From positions 1 through 64,000 of the forward strand of contig NW_003314373.1 of NCBI RefSeq assembly GCF_000143415.4: a stretch of 64,000 nucleotides of DNA, in the 5' to 3' direction. The translations under genes and the position numbers were made by a program. Below are positions 11,029 to 23,315 of this stretch, in pieces (within the stretch, counting starts at the first letter, position 1; every line of letters starts with the position of its first letter). The stretch is from Selaginella moellendorffii (taxonomy: Eukaryota > Plantae > Lycopodiophyta). Below the pieces are notes generated by a model. That model was not told the origin of the DNA. It was given only the letters and a program-made list of their open reading frames with translations, and searched no databases.

Positions 11029-14000
11029 CAGCTGTCTGATGGGGGGTAACTGTAAAGCTGTTATTTCCTTAACCACATGTTTGCGAATAATCACGCTGCA
11101 TGGGGTGGGAGAGGAAGGCACAGTGATGCGTGTTACATGCAAATGTGTTGACTATGACTGTGGCATCGAGATCGTTTGAGCAACAATAGCAACCCAAGGG
11201 TGCGAGGAAGATCTAACGACTAAAGTAGGACTGATCATCCTCCTAGCAGTGGAGCGAGGTGTCATAACATCTGAATGTGCCACTTGACTAGAATGTAGTG
11301 TTCATCGGCCATGGCAACAAGATCTTCAGCATGGAGATGTTTAAGATCTTCAGGCAGGTGCTGGATTTCATGACAATGTGCCAATTAGGAAGAGTTTTAG
11401 ATGTGGTGACCAGGTATCTTTCTCTCTTTTTCTTTTTATCCATTTTGGCAATGAATGCAAGGGCATTTTGCACTACTCCAGGTACTAGGCTCACCCAGCA
11501 GTAGCATTGCTCGAGCAAGAGGGCTGTAGAGAGATTGGTGATCAAGCAGCCAAAGAAAAACTATAACCAGGTTACACTTTTCAAGATCGTCTCCCAAGAT
11601 CACTAGGAGCTTTTCAGGAAGCAATGTGGAGTATCATCAAGAAATCCATCAAGAAAAGGGAATTTTTGCTAAGAAACCATTTGAACTAAAGAACATACAT
11701 AGCTGTGGTTTTTGCTAGTGTGATTGCTCGCAACTTCCACATTTGCAGCCGATGCTCTCAAGACATGCTCCTGTCTTTTGAAAGAATGCCAGTAATTTTA
11801 TTCTTCTCGTTTGTCCTTCAAGAAGGATGAGTGTTTTTCTCTCTCTCTAGATTGGAGCTCGCTCAATGCATTGTAGATCCTTTGTGCTTGCAAACTTGTA
11901 ACAATCGACCTGACAAGACCAAGTGCAAAGTAAATCTTGAGATTTTGTGTAAAACTTCTTTTGGATCAATTAATCATTGTGATTCATGAATACTTTCAAA
12001 TAAAATGTGGAGACATTTTTGAGAACAAGGTGGTGGACGAATTCAACAATTGCACAGTGAGCCACAAGATGAGGGGCATTTCCCAGTCCCGCCACCTTAG
12101 GGCTCGCAAGTGGCAAGAATACTAAGATAATGTATGCAGTATTTGATTAAGCAGTAATATTTTAAAATCTTTTTCCTAACTGTAAATATAGTTTATTAGT
12201 AAATAATACTATGGAATTATATCATATATATATATTTACAAAAGATTTTGTTAGTAATTATTTTCTTTACTGGATCTGGGTAGTAATATATTAATGTTCC
12301 TAAAAACTTATTGTTTTATATTCTAAGTAAACTGCATAATTAAGTAATGTCTTGCTAATAAAAATGAGTAATAATTATTCTTAGTAATTATTCTCTTAAT
12401 ATAAGTTTATCCCAAATACAAATATAAGAATTTTATATAAACTTTTTTCTGTGTCGGGTATTTTTCTAAATATATTCATATTTCCAAATAATAATTTTTA
12501 TCTAATATTTTTATTAATGAATATTTATTCTTACTTTTCTCTAGGAATAGATTTTGTTCTAAATATTTATATTATCAAGTTTACAAGAATTGACTTTTGT
12601 GTTCATCTAACATTTGCTGGGCATAATTCCCTTAATTCTTCTTTCAAAGTGGAATACAATATTTTTTTTTGGATACTATTCCACTTTTAGTTTTTAATAT
12701 AACAAAATTATAACAATCAAAATAGTATTTTAACTTTTGATTTTAGTATCAAATAGGTTAAGCATTGCAAGTTTAGTAATTTATAAATGGATGTTATTAT
12801 CTAGGCCTTGCACTTGGATTAATTTTTTAGCAGAATTTTCTTTAAATTAATAACGATTTCCCCTTGAGTTTTATCTTCTATTGCTTCTTTCCACTTTCTT
12901 TTATTCCACATAGTAGACATTCAATTTATCAGACAATTAATAGTAGGGAGGAATGGCATAAATGGAAAGAGAAAAAGTGGGATGTGTGTTTATTGCATAG
13001 AGATAATTGAGACAATCGTGCAAGTTGCAAGCTAAAGTTGAGGGAGATACTCCCTACGCCAATAGGCATGAACAGTCTAAACTAGGATTGATCTATGTGG
13101 TGGTAGGTCTTAAACTTGAGATTTTCTTACTGCTTGATAAAATATCAGCTCTTGGAATCTTTAATTCTGCCACCTTGCTAATTGCCACCTCATCTTCCAG
13201 ATCATCTCACCAAATTGCCACATGAATAAACCTTATTCAGACTATAGCTCCAGCTTTCTCTGGCATGGTGGAATGATCACTTATCCTATGCAAGTTAACT
13301 AGTAAAAACAACTTTAATGCATGGTTTCATTCTAATATAGCTTTGTGGTACCATTTTTGCAACCACTGGATGAAAGGGGAAACCTTGAAAAGTCCTTGCA
13401 CTTCCTGGCACTGGGCAGTATGCTCCCATGAACATGAACCTAACAATGCCCATCCCACTCAAATAGATGACATACAATTCTTGAGAAACGGCTGCAAAAA
13501 CTTGCATTTTCTCTTGCTTTATTGCTGCTTAGGCCAATACAAATATAATAGGAGGCTGTAGTAGGAGATATTCCACTAGGTAAATATTCTAGGAGTATCT
13601 ACTACGCTTTTGTGCTGGCAGATATATTGAAGGGAGAAGGCAAGACTTTGACATAGAGCTCCATATTCTCAAATTGATTTGGTGTTGCATGGAACTTTTA
13701 TTAGAATCTTTCATTGTTTGGCTATAATATATCCCTTCATGACCGCAATTCAAGCAATCTTTGACTTATCATTTGTCATATTAACTATTATGACAAGTGA
13801 TCATAACTATCGTCCTAGTCTCCACAGCTCGTTACCTTAGTCCCTACTGCTCGTCCTTGATATGGTCTGGAGTTTAAGATGGTTTCCATCATTTAGTTTA
13901 CAATCTCCTGTTCTGCGATCTTCATTTCCCAAAAGGTGACACATTGCCTTCAAGGATGACATGCACATCACCCGCCCATGGGATACCTCGTTGACGAGGT

Positions 14001-14255
14001 TGGGCAAATCTAAACTCACTTAACATGTCTGGCAGTGGTGTGAGAAGCAACCAGCTGGACTTGGTTTATCATCGCATTGTATCGTGTTTCTCTTGTCAAC
14101 CTTGCGAAGTGCCGCGTACCATGTTACCTGAGAAGCCACCATTCCCTCATGTATAAGTGAGTGAGCGCAAGTTTCCTTGCCCCAGGTGTGTGTGTGATTA
14201 CCAGAGACGAGTGTCAAAATGACAAACTGTAAGCAAGCACGTTAATTTATACTTC

Positions 14256-16124
14256 ATGAGGCAAAGTAAATCATCAGACTACTGGGTTGGGCGCTTAAAG
14301 CATTGCTCAAATACAAGAGATTTATCTGGTGCAAGGAAGCTTCACAAGGAAATCCTATCGACAAACATTATTCTAGGCACTTACATCAGAAATTTACTTG
14401 TACAGATGTTTGGTAAGTGTGGCAGTGTTACTGAAGCGTACGATTGTTTTAACAGCACTCCTCAGCGAAATGTCTATTCGTGGTGCCTCATGCTTGGAGC
14501 ATATACCCAGAACGGGCTTATCAACCAAGCCCAACAAATGTTTGATATAATGCCAGCCAGGGATGAGGTAGCACACACAATATTGCTTACATGCTACGCT
14601 CAGAGAGGTTGTCTAAGAAAATCGCAAGAGCTCTTTGATGTCATGGCGGATCAAAGTGTTGTTGCTTGGAACGCTATAACTTCAGCTTATGCCCAAAACG
14701 GGCATTTGGAAGCTGCCAAGGAAATGTTTGACAGGATGCCTGTTCGCAACGAGAGCTCGTGGAACGGGCTCATGCAAGCTTATGCCGAAAATGGTGATAC
14801 GAAAATAGTAAGGGAATTGTTTGAGCAAATGACCAAACGGAATGAGCTCTCGTGGAACACAATGCTTTCGGCATATGCCCAAACAGGTGACTTTGCTGAA
14901 TTTTTCGACCGGATGCCGTCTTACACGGTCGTTTCTTTCAACACTGTGTTGCTGGCTTACACTGAGAATGGATCTCTAAGTCTTGCAAAGAGAGTTTTTG
15001 AGACAATGTCGCAGAAGACAATCGTGTCATGGACAACGCTGCTCACGGCACTGGCCAAGAGCGGCGAGATCGAGCAAGCAAAGATGGTATTTGAGAGAAT
15101 GTCGGGGCACGACGTTGTAAGTTGCAGCTCAGTGATCCAGATTTACGGCCAGCATGGATTTCTCAGAGCTGCTCAAGACGTGTTTGACCGGATGCACGAC
15201 CGCAATGACCAGACATGGACAGCGATTCTCACAGCCTACGCAGCCAGCGGAGATCTAAAAGCTTGTGAGGCATTTTTCAAGGAGATACCAAATCCGGACG
15301 CGTTTTCTAGGACAGTGATGATGCAAGTATATGCTCAATCCGGGGATTTGGAGCGAGCAACAAGGCTGTTTCTATCGCTGGAGAGGAAAGACTCCGTGGC
15401 TTGGAATGTGATCATCCAGGCTTATGCCCAGAACGGGCATGTCGAGGAAGCTAGAACCATGCTCGAGAAAATGACCGCAGAAGTGGACGTGGTATCTTGG
15501 ACAGCGTTGGTGTCTGGGTATGCCCAAAACGGGCAACTGAGCAAAGCAAAGGATGTTTTTGACAAAATGCCACAGTGGAGTGAAATCTCCTTGACGGCCA
15601 TGGCTGTCGCATATGCCCAGAACGGGCATATCGCAGAAGCAAGAGATATGTTCGAGCGTGGACCTATTGAATCCACTGCCCCATGGTCTGCGATGATCAC
15701 AACATACGCCCAAAACGGGCATCATACTCAAGCTCTCGAGCTTTCGTTGGCAATGGAGCTTCAGGGTGTGATGCCGGATGCAATCGCCTTTCTGGGAGTG
15801 CTCGTTGCTTGCAACCATGCGGGTGATCTACAAAGGGGATTCCAGAGCTTTGTGGCTATGGTGGAGCGGGGCATCAGAGTGACTGCTCAACACTACTGCT
15901 GCGTGGCAGACATGCTTGGGCGTTTGGGACGAGTGGGAGATGCCCACGAACTTATCCAGTGTATGCCATTTGTGCCCGACGATGCGACATGGACAAGCTT
16001 TGCTGGGTCATGTAAACTGCATCTACATACATTAGACTCTGGATCACAGAGTGTTTTAGAACCAATGTTGTGGAGAGATTCTTCTCCCTATGTGTTGATC
16101 TCGCATGCATGTCTTGGAAGATAA
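14256..16124 (+). CDS. PLS-class pentatricopeptide repeat protein with E-type region, no DYW (622 aa, intronless)
   Basis: LVQMFGKCGS, many AYAQNGH-type short repeats, terminal LVACNHAG...HYCCVADMLGRLG...MPFVPD..TWTSFAGSC...SPYVLIS. Confidence 0.94.
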   Translation: MRQSKSSDYWVGRLKHCSNTRDLSGARKLHKEILSTNIILGTYIRNLLVQMFGKCGSVTEAYDCFNSTPQRNVYSWCLMLGAYTQNGLINQAQQMFDIMPARDEVAHTILLTCYAQRGCLRKSQELFDVMADQSVVAWNAITSAYAQNGHLEAAKEMFDRMPVRNESSWNGLMQAYAENGDTKIVRELFEQMTKRNELSWNTMLSAYAQTGDFAEFFDRMPSYTVVSFNTVLLAYTENGSLSLAKRVFETMSQKTIVSWTTLLTALAKSGEIEQAKMVFERMSGHDVVSCSSVIQIYGQHGFLRAAQDVFDRMHDRNDQTWTAILTAYAASGDLKACEAFFKEIPNPDAFSRTVMMQVYAQSGDLERATRLFLSLERKDSVAWNVIIQAYAQNGHVEEARTMLEKMTAEVDVVSWTALVSGYAQNGQLSKAKDVFDKMPQWSEISLTAMAVAYAQNGHIAEARDMFERGPIESTAPWSAMITTYAQNGHHTQALELSLAMELQGVMPDAIAFLGVLVACNHAGDLQRGFQSFVAMVERGIRVTAQHYCCVADMLGRLGRVGDAHELIQCMPFVPDDATWTSFAGSCKLHLHTLDSGSQSVLEPMLWRDSSPYVLISHACLGR

Positions 16125-16473
16125 GTGTCGAGTTTGTCAGGGACACAGTTTTTATATTATGCCTATCATCAAAGTAAATACTGACATAGTTCTAATCTGA
16201 TGCTTGTTTGGACGTACTAACAATTAGGCCAGTCTATTTTGGGCGTGCCTCAAAGTCAGTCGGCAATACATGCTTGGGTAGAATATACCTGACCTTGTTG
16301 AGCGGCTCACACTTTGCTAACAGGGTGACTGTGTGAGCAGGGGAGGTAATCTTGCCCGAGTTGAAGCCCGGCAAACGAGCCAGAGGCATCCTCGTCATCA
16401 CACGCACAACACAAGCACGGTTTAGCCAATGCCAGTTTGTGTGATATGTGTGACGCATTGATAGCCAAAGGAG

Positions 16474-16494
16474 TTTAGGGTTTAGGGTTTAAGG
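16474..16494. repeat. Short interstitial plant telomeric repeat (TTTAGGG)x2-3 / telo-box
   Basis: tttagggtttagggtttaagg. Confidence 0.6.
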
Positions 16495-16596
16495 TCTACA
16501 CAGAGTGGACTTTGATTGTTCATCACAAAGCTTGCATCTGCGATTGGACTGAGCGTGAGTACCTGGTGGAAGGGAATGGAAGGAATGAGTGACATG

Positions 16597-17400
16597 TCAG
16601 ATGCGGGAAGTTGTAGTAGACTGGGAGCTTCGACTTCGCCAACCATCCAAAAGCTGGTTCTTTTTGGCAGCCTTGAGGAGGAGTTCCACGGCTTGGCCGA
16701 CTGGTAAGAAAACCATAGCTGGACCATTGGGATACGGTAATACAACAGTCCCTCCCACATCCCTGCCCCAAATGTACTCCCTTGACACATTTTGAGTATG
16801 GAGCCTGTATGACGCGCTCCAATTGTGGCCCAGTTCGGCTTGGTAATGAGAGGCCACCTTGTCCCTCACTTTGCTTAACTGCTGCTTGCCGTGAGCACTT
16901 CTGCCAGCCTTGATATGCTTTCGAAGGTGCTGCAGCAACAAGCTGGTTGCAGGGACCTATGGGTCAAAGGTGGCACAATGACACAATAATAAATGCAAGT
17001 GAGTTTACAAGCTTACCACATGGCAAGGAGGCATCAGGAAGACGAAATCCGTGTGCAAGATGCTGTCCAGAACAGAGCGCCAGTCACCTGCAATGAGAAA
17101 GCAGAGAGGAATCGGATGACAAGAGAAGAAGTTGACTCACCCCAGAGTGTGTCCAGACAATGAGTTAGGGTCGCACTCTGCCAATTTCACCTCGAGGGAG
17201 GTGCCAAACTCAGAGAAAGCACGAAGCTTGGGGCCGTCATAGCCACTCCCGTCCGGACAACGGGCACAATCCTTGAAGCGACTGGCATGCTGGAGACGGC
17301 GAGACAAAGTAGAGGAGAGCAACAAGCTTGAAGAGGTCGTCGTCAGTGACGAACATAGAGCCGAGGCAAGAACCCATGAAGTGTCCGGCAACACAAGCAA
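16597..17400 (-). other. Possible spliced gene or pseudogene of unknown function
   Basis: Coding-like GC content, GT-AG junction pairs near 17140/17090 and 17020/16960, 114-aa ORF; I could not assemble one clean frame or recognise a family. Confidence 0.25.
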
Positions 17401-17568
17401 TTGCCACAGCGTGCGACTTCTCCTCCGCCTTTTCTCTCGATATATGATTTAGGGTTAAAACAACTTCTTAAGTTTGCAAGGGTGCGAGTTCAAATCCCAC
17501 TCGTGACGTTGAATAAAAAATGCCAAGTGGCACGATAAACCCTAGCTAGCATTTTTTCCTTAAGAGCT

Positions 17569-19894
17569 ATGGCGCCGGCGATCCCTTCCAGGCTTCTCTA
17601 CATCGGAGGGCAATGGCGAGCTCCGGATCTGGGCGGACAGATAGCGGTCATCAATCCAGCGACGGAAGATACCATAGGTGAGAATTGCGAGTTTCTCCTT
17701 GCGCTCATGGATGGAATTTCTAGGCTACATTCCCGCTGCCACGGCCGCCGATGTGGATCTCGCTGTCAAGGCCGCTAGGGAGGCGTTTACCAAAGACAAT
17801 GGGAAATATTGGGCAAGAACTACGGGGAAGTACCGGGCAAAGTTTTTGCGAGCCATTGCTGCCGAGGTAAGTGATGATATGATGGCTTTCGCCTCTCTTG
17901 CGCTAACTTTTTTTTTGTGCTGTTCTAGGTGACTGCGAGGAAATCTGAGTTGGCTGAGCTCGAGGCGATGGATTGTGGAAAACCCCTCGACGAAGCAGCA
18001 TGGGATATGGTAAGACTTTCGGCTTTTCGAGTTGATGCTTTGGAATTTATCCAAGTTTTTTCTAGGACGATGTTGCGGGATGTTTCGACTACTATGCTGG
18101 TCTGGCCGAAGGTTTGGATGCAAAGGGGCACCTGTCCGTAGAGCTTCCAATGGATACATTCAAGACTAACGTCTTAAAAGAACCGATTGGTGTTGTCGGT
18201 CTTATAACTCCATGGTTAGATCTCGCACCTTTTTTTTCTTTTTCTTATGCAATCCTTGACAAGATGGTTCTGCAGGAATTATCCTTTACTTATGTCAACT
18301 TGGAAGGTTGCACCAGCTCTTGCAGCAGGCTGTACTGCCATTCTTAAACCATCAGAGCTTGCATCAGTGTAAGATCGTGAAAATTTTCTTACTTCCCTTG
18401 CACAACGAGTTCTACTGTTTGTCGTGCCAGTACCTGCTTGGAACTTGCGTCAATCGCCGCGAAGGTCGGGCTTCCTGCTGGTGTACTGAATGTAGTTACT
18501 GGATTAGGGAAAGATGCCGGTGCGCCTCTGTCTAAGCATCCTGGTGTTGATAAGGTTGGCTTTAGTATGCTGATGTTTCATGCCTTACTTTTCCTTTTCT
18601 TTCTGTTACAGGTAGCATTCACAGGCAGTACAGCCACTGGAAAATCAATAATGGGAGCAGCTGCTGAAATAATCAAGGTGCTTCGATCTTTTCATACAAT
18701 TCGGTTAGCTTTGTGTCTATCAACAGCCCGTGACGCTGGAACTGGGTGGGAAAAGTGCTATCATCGTTTTCGATGATGTGGATATTGAGAAAGGTACGTT
18801 ATTGAACATTCAATGACATCTAATCCTGACGGGTGGAATCACACAGCTGTTGAATGGACAATGTTCGGAGTGTTTTGGACTAATGGTCAGATTTGCAGTG
18901 CGACATCAAGGCTGTTGCTCCAGGTAATATAATGCGCGGCTGATGGAAGAATTGCCTTACCACTGGCTGTGATGTAACAGGAAAATATCGCATCTGTGTT
19001 TTTGGAAAGACTGGCAGAGTGGACGAAAACGATAAAAATTTCAAACCCCTTGGAGCCGGGATGCAGACTTGGTCCAGTTGTGAGCGAAGGTCAGGTAGTG
19101 TTTTCTTCTTGTTCCTATCTTTGCCTTCTTTAGTTCATACGGTGTACATGTGAGTTCCAGTACAAGAAGGTCATGAAGTACATATCTACGGCACAAGAAG
19201 AAGGTGCTACGCTGCTGTGTGGTGGGAAACGCCCGGAGGTAAGCTTCATCAGTTTTGTGTAAAGCAAGCCGTTGATATTCATTGTCGTGTCTTGGCGTTC
19301 CAGCACTTGAGCAAAGGATATTTTGTTGAGCCGACAGTCTTTGCGAATGTCAGGCCCTCCTCTCAGATATGGAAAGAAGAAGTCTTTGGTCCGGTCCTTG
19401 CAGTTCGGACCTTCAGAACAGAAGAGGAAGCTATAAAGCTGGCCAACGATTCTGAGTAAGCCACATGGTTTTGAGAACTTGCTCAATCTGTCTGTTTGCT
19501 TGAAGGTATGGACTCGCAGGGGCCGTCATCTCGACAGACGAGGAGCGCTGCCAGCGTGTAGCAGAGGTACTTTTTTAGAAAAAACTTATCTCTTGTTGTT
19601 TTTTGCTTGTTTCTAAGCCTGGCCAAAACAGCTGTTGCAAGCGGGAATCGTATGGATCAATTGTGCTCAGCCGACCTTCACCCAGGCCCCGTGGGGTGGT
19701 ACAAAACGCAGTGGCTTTGGACGGGAGCTGGGAGAATGGTGAGTGATATTTGTAGGGATTCTCACCACGTACATCGTTTTCATTGTTTGTCTTCCACTCA
19801 CAGGGGTCTCGAGAACTATTTGTCCGTGAAGCAAGTTACCAAATACATATCAGAGGAACAGTGGGGTTGGTACCCCCGACCTTCGAAAATGTAA
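17569..19894 (+). CDS. ALDH10A: ALDH10A aminoaldehyde/betaine aldehyde dehydrogenase, ~15 short exons, peroxisomal PTS1 (SKM)
   Basis: [48 protein letters not shown] (catalytic Cys), [33 protein letters not shown]. Confidence 0.96.
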
Positions 19895-21428
19895 AGCTAT
19901 CGAGGTACGCCAAGTTTTCTCGGGTTTTAAAAACGTTTTCTTTCCCGGACGAGCCACAGGATGTCTGCTCTAATGGCCTACATGTTATCCTGCAGCCGTA
20001 GTCCTCGACCCCGTAAGCGCGCTCTTCCTTAGCAAGATAGCTTTGCCCAGGAATAAATGGGTCGTTGAGACGAAAGTGATGCGAGCTCACAAGCTTTTCG
20101 CTTGTGGCAGTGTGTGTGTTTGTGTGTGTGCGTCCATACAGGCATTATTGGCGGCCTGTGGCCTCTGGCAAGCAGACTGGTCCATATCTTCCATCCAGTC
20201 CAGCCTTTATCTTGTAAGTAATCTATAGTTGTTTTTCCTTTCCGGATCATCTTTGTCAATTAGAGCTAGCTAACTTGTGATTCTTCTCTCTTCCAGGTTT
20301 GGTGTTTCTCCAAAGCGATGAAACTCGCTCGATCGCTCGCACGTTTAGTCTGTCCTGGGTATTGCGTCCTCTAGTCTCGTTTCTCATATTCTTGTTTTGT
20401 TCTTTGCTCTTGTCGGATTCAAGTCAAAGCTAGCTCGCTAGCTCGAGGACAAGCAATGCAAGGGAGCAAAGCTACTGGTAACCAATAATGACGTTTTTTC
20501 GCTGTTTGGCATTCTCGCATCGTAATTCTCCACTTTCAACTTTCCAGGAGGCAAAATGGAGGAGATAGCTACATAGCCTATGACTCGACCAGAACAAGGT
20601 AAAACATCTTTTTCTTTGTCTCTTGTTTGCTTGTCGTTCTCATCTTCCAGATTAAGCAGTAGAGCCGCTGAATCAGAAAACCCGTGGATGGTGGATTGAC
20701 TCTAACAAAAAATCCAGCCTCCAGAGAGTTTTCGTGCTCACAATGATTCCAAACAGTGAAAGCGAGCAAGCCGGAAGAATGGCAGCGTTGGTATGTGGAA
20801 CGGCGCGGTCTACTCATTTTTCATGATCTTGCGATCTCTCCTGCCTGCCAATGGCCGCTAAGCTGGCCTGCGAGGATCTTCGCTTCCATATTTTAGCGAG
20901 CAAAAAGATAAAGACGAAAAGAAAAGAGCCTTCCTCCTCGGATAGAAACTTGTCTGCCAGAGAAGTTCTCTCTTTCAACCTCACCTTTTCCACCACCGAG
21001 GCACACAAAGGACTTGGAATCAATCGTTCTTTCCCAGCGATCGAATTTTACAAGAAACGAAGATCGATCGATCAATCCAGATCGGGATTCCTTTGCGCGA
21101 CGGCGGGTGGCGAGTGAGAAGAAGCGAGATGGAAAAGAGAAAAGAAGGAAATAAAGAAAGGAAGATCTGGCGCGCGGAGCGCCTCGTTTTCAGTTCTTCC
21201 AGAGCGGCGCCGATCTTTGGTGGGCAATTCAATGCAGATCTCACACCTCCTGGGAAACCCAAAACAAATCCCTCCTCCACTATCCCTCCTCGATCGCATT
21301 CTCGAGGAGGAAAAGAGAGAGAGAGGGAGGCCTCCCTCCCATAAAACCAAGAGATGGAAAGAGCGAGAGGAGGAAGAAGAACCCCACAAGGATCTATAAG
21401 ATCTTTGCCTCGAGTTAGAGAGCGAGCA

Positions 21429-22964
21429 TCAGTAGAGATCCACATTCTTGAAATCCGAGGAGGCGTGCTCGTCGCCCTGGACGAAGAAGATGGCGTGGAA
21501 GAGCTTGAGGAGCTCCAGCGCCCTCTTCTTTGCCCGTCCCGTGCAATCGCTCTGGAGTAGCAGTAGAAGCTGGCGGCGCGCCCCAGCTCTCATGGCGATC
21601 TGGACCACTTGGACGGGGCCCGACTGGCAAACCAGCAGCAACAGCCCCGTCGCGTGCTCGGTCGCCGGCCTCGAGTACCCGACCAGCAGCCGTACCGCGC
21701 AGTGCACCGCCGCGGTACTCTCGCATACCGCGCGGCGCCCCTGCTCCACGGTACACAGCTGCTCCAGTGTCGCCAGCGCGCGCTCGGTTGTCTCCAGCGC
21801 GCGGTCCTCGCCGGAGGAGGACGAGGAGGAGGATGGCGGCGAGGAGGCGGCGAGGAGGAGGTTGACGAGGATCTGGATCGCGCCTTCTTCCACGGCTGTG
21901 GATCGATTGGGCTTGTGCGAGCACGCGAGGTGGAGGAGCTTGACGAGGCCCTTCTTGGAGGAGGAGGAGGAATCGATGAGATCGAGCAGGCCGTGGAAGA
22001 ATTGGGTGGATTGCCCGACCTCGACGCGCATCTCCTCCGTGGCCAGCAGCCGCTTGAGCAGCACCGCGGCGCTCATCCGCGACGCGAGGTCGATCTGGGC
22101 GCTGCCCAGGTGACACACGACGCACTGGAGCGCTCCCGATTCCGACAGCACCGCGCCGATCACCTCCCTGCTCGCGCCGCGGCACAGGAGCGCCAGCAGC
22201 GACATGATCTCCTCGCAGGGGCTGTCCTCGTGCCGCGCGGTAAACCCGTCCGGTGCCACGTGCAGCGCGGTACCGTGCTGTATGAACCCGTCCGGGGACC
22301 CGTACAGCGCGGTCCCGTGCTGTATGAGCTCGTCCGCCAGCATGGACGCCATGAGCAGCGCGCCGCCGGCTTCCACGATGCAAGAACACACCTTCTTGGC
22401 CTCGGGCGGCGTGGGCGACGATCCACACAGCTCCTCTTTCGCCATGGATTTGAGCGTCGCCACCGATTGCCTCACGTCCTGGCCCTTGGCGATCCGGCGG
22501 AGGAGGCCGAGCACTCGCTCGCGGCGGCCCAGATCCAGCGATTCCTGGGGCGAGAAATCGTGGTGGGCGAGGAGGAAGGGCGGAGGAGGAGGCGATGGAG
22601 GAGAAGGAGCAAACATGGCGCTGGCGGATTCCTCCTTGGAGCACCACGCCTCGATGAGCTGCCGGACGATGATGTTGGGGATGAGCGTGAGATCGTGGAG
22701 GTGGAGCATCGTGATGGGGCAGCTCCGGTGGCCATCGCGGATCCATTTCTCGATGCTGGGGCGATCATACGTCTGGCCCGTGCACACGATCACCGGGTCG
22801 CGCATGATCTCCAGCGAGATCGGGCACAGGAAGAGCGCTGGCGCCGCTTGATTCTGTCGCTGCCGCTGCTCCTCGCAATCCTCCTCTCCTCCTCCTCCTT
22901 CGTCTTCGTCCTCCATCGCCCTCCTCCTCGTCCTGGCTATGATCACTCCTCGCTCTTGCCTCAT
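21429..22964 (-). CDS. PUB: Plant U-box E3 ubiquitin ligase with ARM-like region (intronless; alternative start 22916)
   Basis: U-box FLCPISLEIMRDPVIVCTGQTYDRPSIEKW...CPIT...LIPN..VRQLIEAW; C-terminal LLLLLQSDCTGRAKKRALELLKL typical of this PUB group. Confidence 0.93.
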   Translation of the reverse strand: MRQERGVIIARTRRRAMEDEDEGGGGEEDCEEQRQRQNQAAPALFLCPISLEIMRDPVIVCTGQTYDRPSIEKWIRDGHRSCPITMLHLHDLTLIPNIIVRQLIEAWCSKEESASAMFAPSPPSPPPPPFLLAHHDFSPQESLDLGRRERVLGLLRRIAKGQDVRQSVATLKSMAKEELCGSSPTPPEAKKVCSCIVEAGGALLMASMLADELIQHGTALYGSPDGFIQHGTALHVAPDGFTARHEDSPCEEIMSLLALLCRGASREVIGAVLSESGALQCVVCHLGSAQIDLASRMSAAVLLKRLLATEEMRVEVGQSTQFFHGLLDLIDSSSSSKKGLVKLLHLACSHKPNRSTAVEEGAIQILVNLLLAASSPPSSSSSSSGEDRALETTERALATLEQLCTVEQGRRAVCESTAAVHCAVRLLVGYSRPATEHATGLLLLVCQSGPVQVVQIAMRAGARRQLLLLLQSDCTGRAKKRALELLKLFHAIFFVQGDEHASSDFKNVDLY

Positions 22965-23315
22965 CTGCTCTCTCGATTTTCTCGATCGATCGGAAAGGAT
23001 GTGCTACGAGCTCGAGGAATTGGTCCACATTGGCGGGGATGATTCGATTCCACCCATCTCCCAGGAGGAGTGGGAAAAAGAGAGAAAATGGATGGAACCT
23101 TTCTTCTTTCTATCCGCAAAGTTCTTGAGGCCTAGGTGGACATTCCATCGCGGAAGATCCAACCCCACTTTAAACGAGATTACGCGTAACCCTGCGTAAT
23201 TAGCGGGGTAATGGGCCCCATCGCAGCCGTTATGCCCTCGCCGGCATCCAACGGCTGGCAGACGCCGATGCGCGGATATTCTCCCCATGTTCTTGGGGGG
23301 TTAGGGGTTTTGGGC

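Noticed and set aside
11050-14200. Short ORFs in the SERAT-PPR intergenic region
   Set aside because: No recognisable domains; probably decayed repeats or non-coding DNA.
17460-17510. B-box-like GAGTTCAAATCCC upstream of ALDH10
   Set aside because: No acceptor, D or anticodon stems can be folded; at most a tiny tRNA or SINE scrap.
19950-21350. Possible miRNA or lncRNA locus between ALDH10 and the U-box gene (splice-like sites near 20140-20296)
   Set aside because: No conserved miRNA sequence or convincing long hairpin recognised; cannot be supported without RNA data.
21415-23042. Long alternative ORFs (477 aa plus strand, 443 aa minus strand) overlapping the U-box gene
   Set aside because: Shadow frames of very GC-rich coding DNA; low complexity and no motifs.
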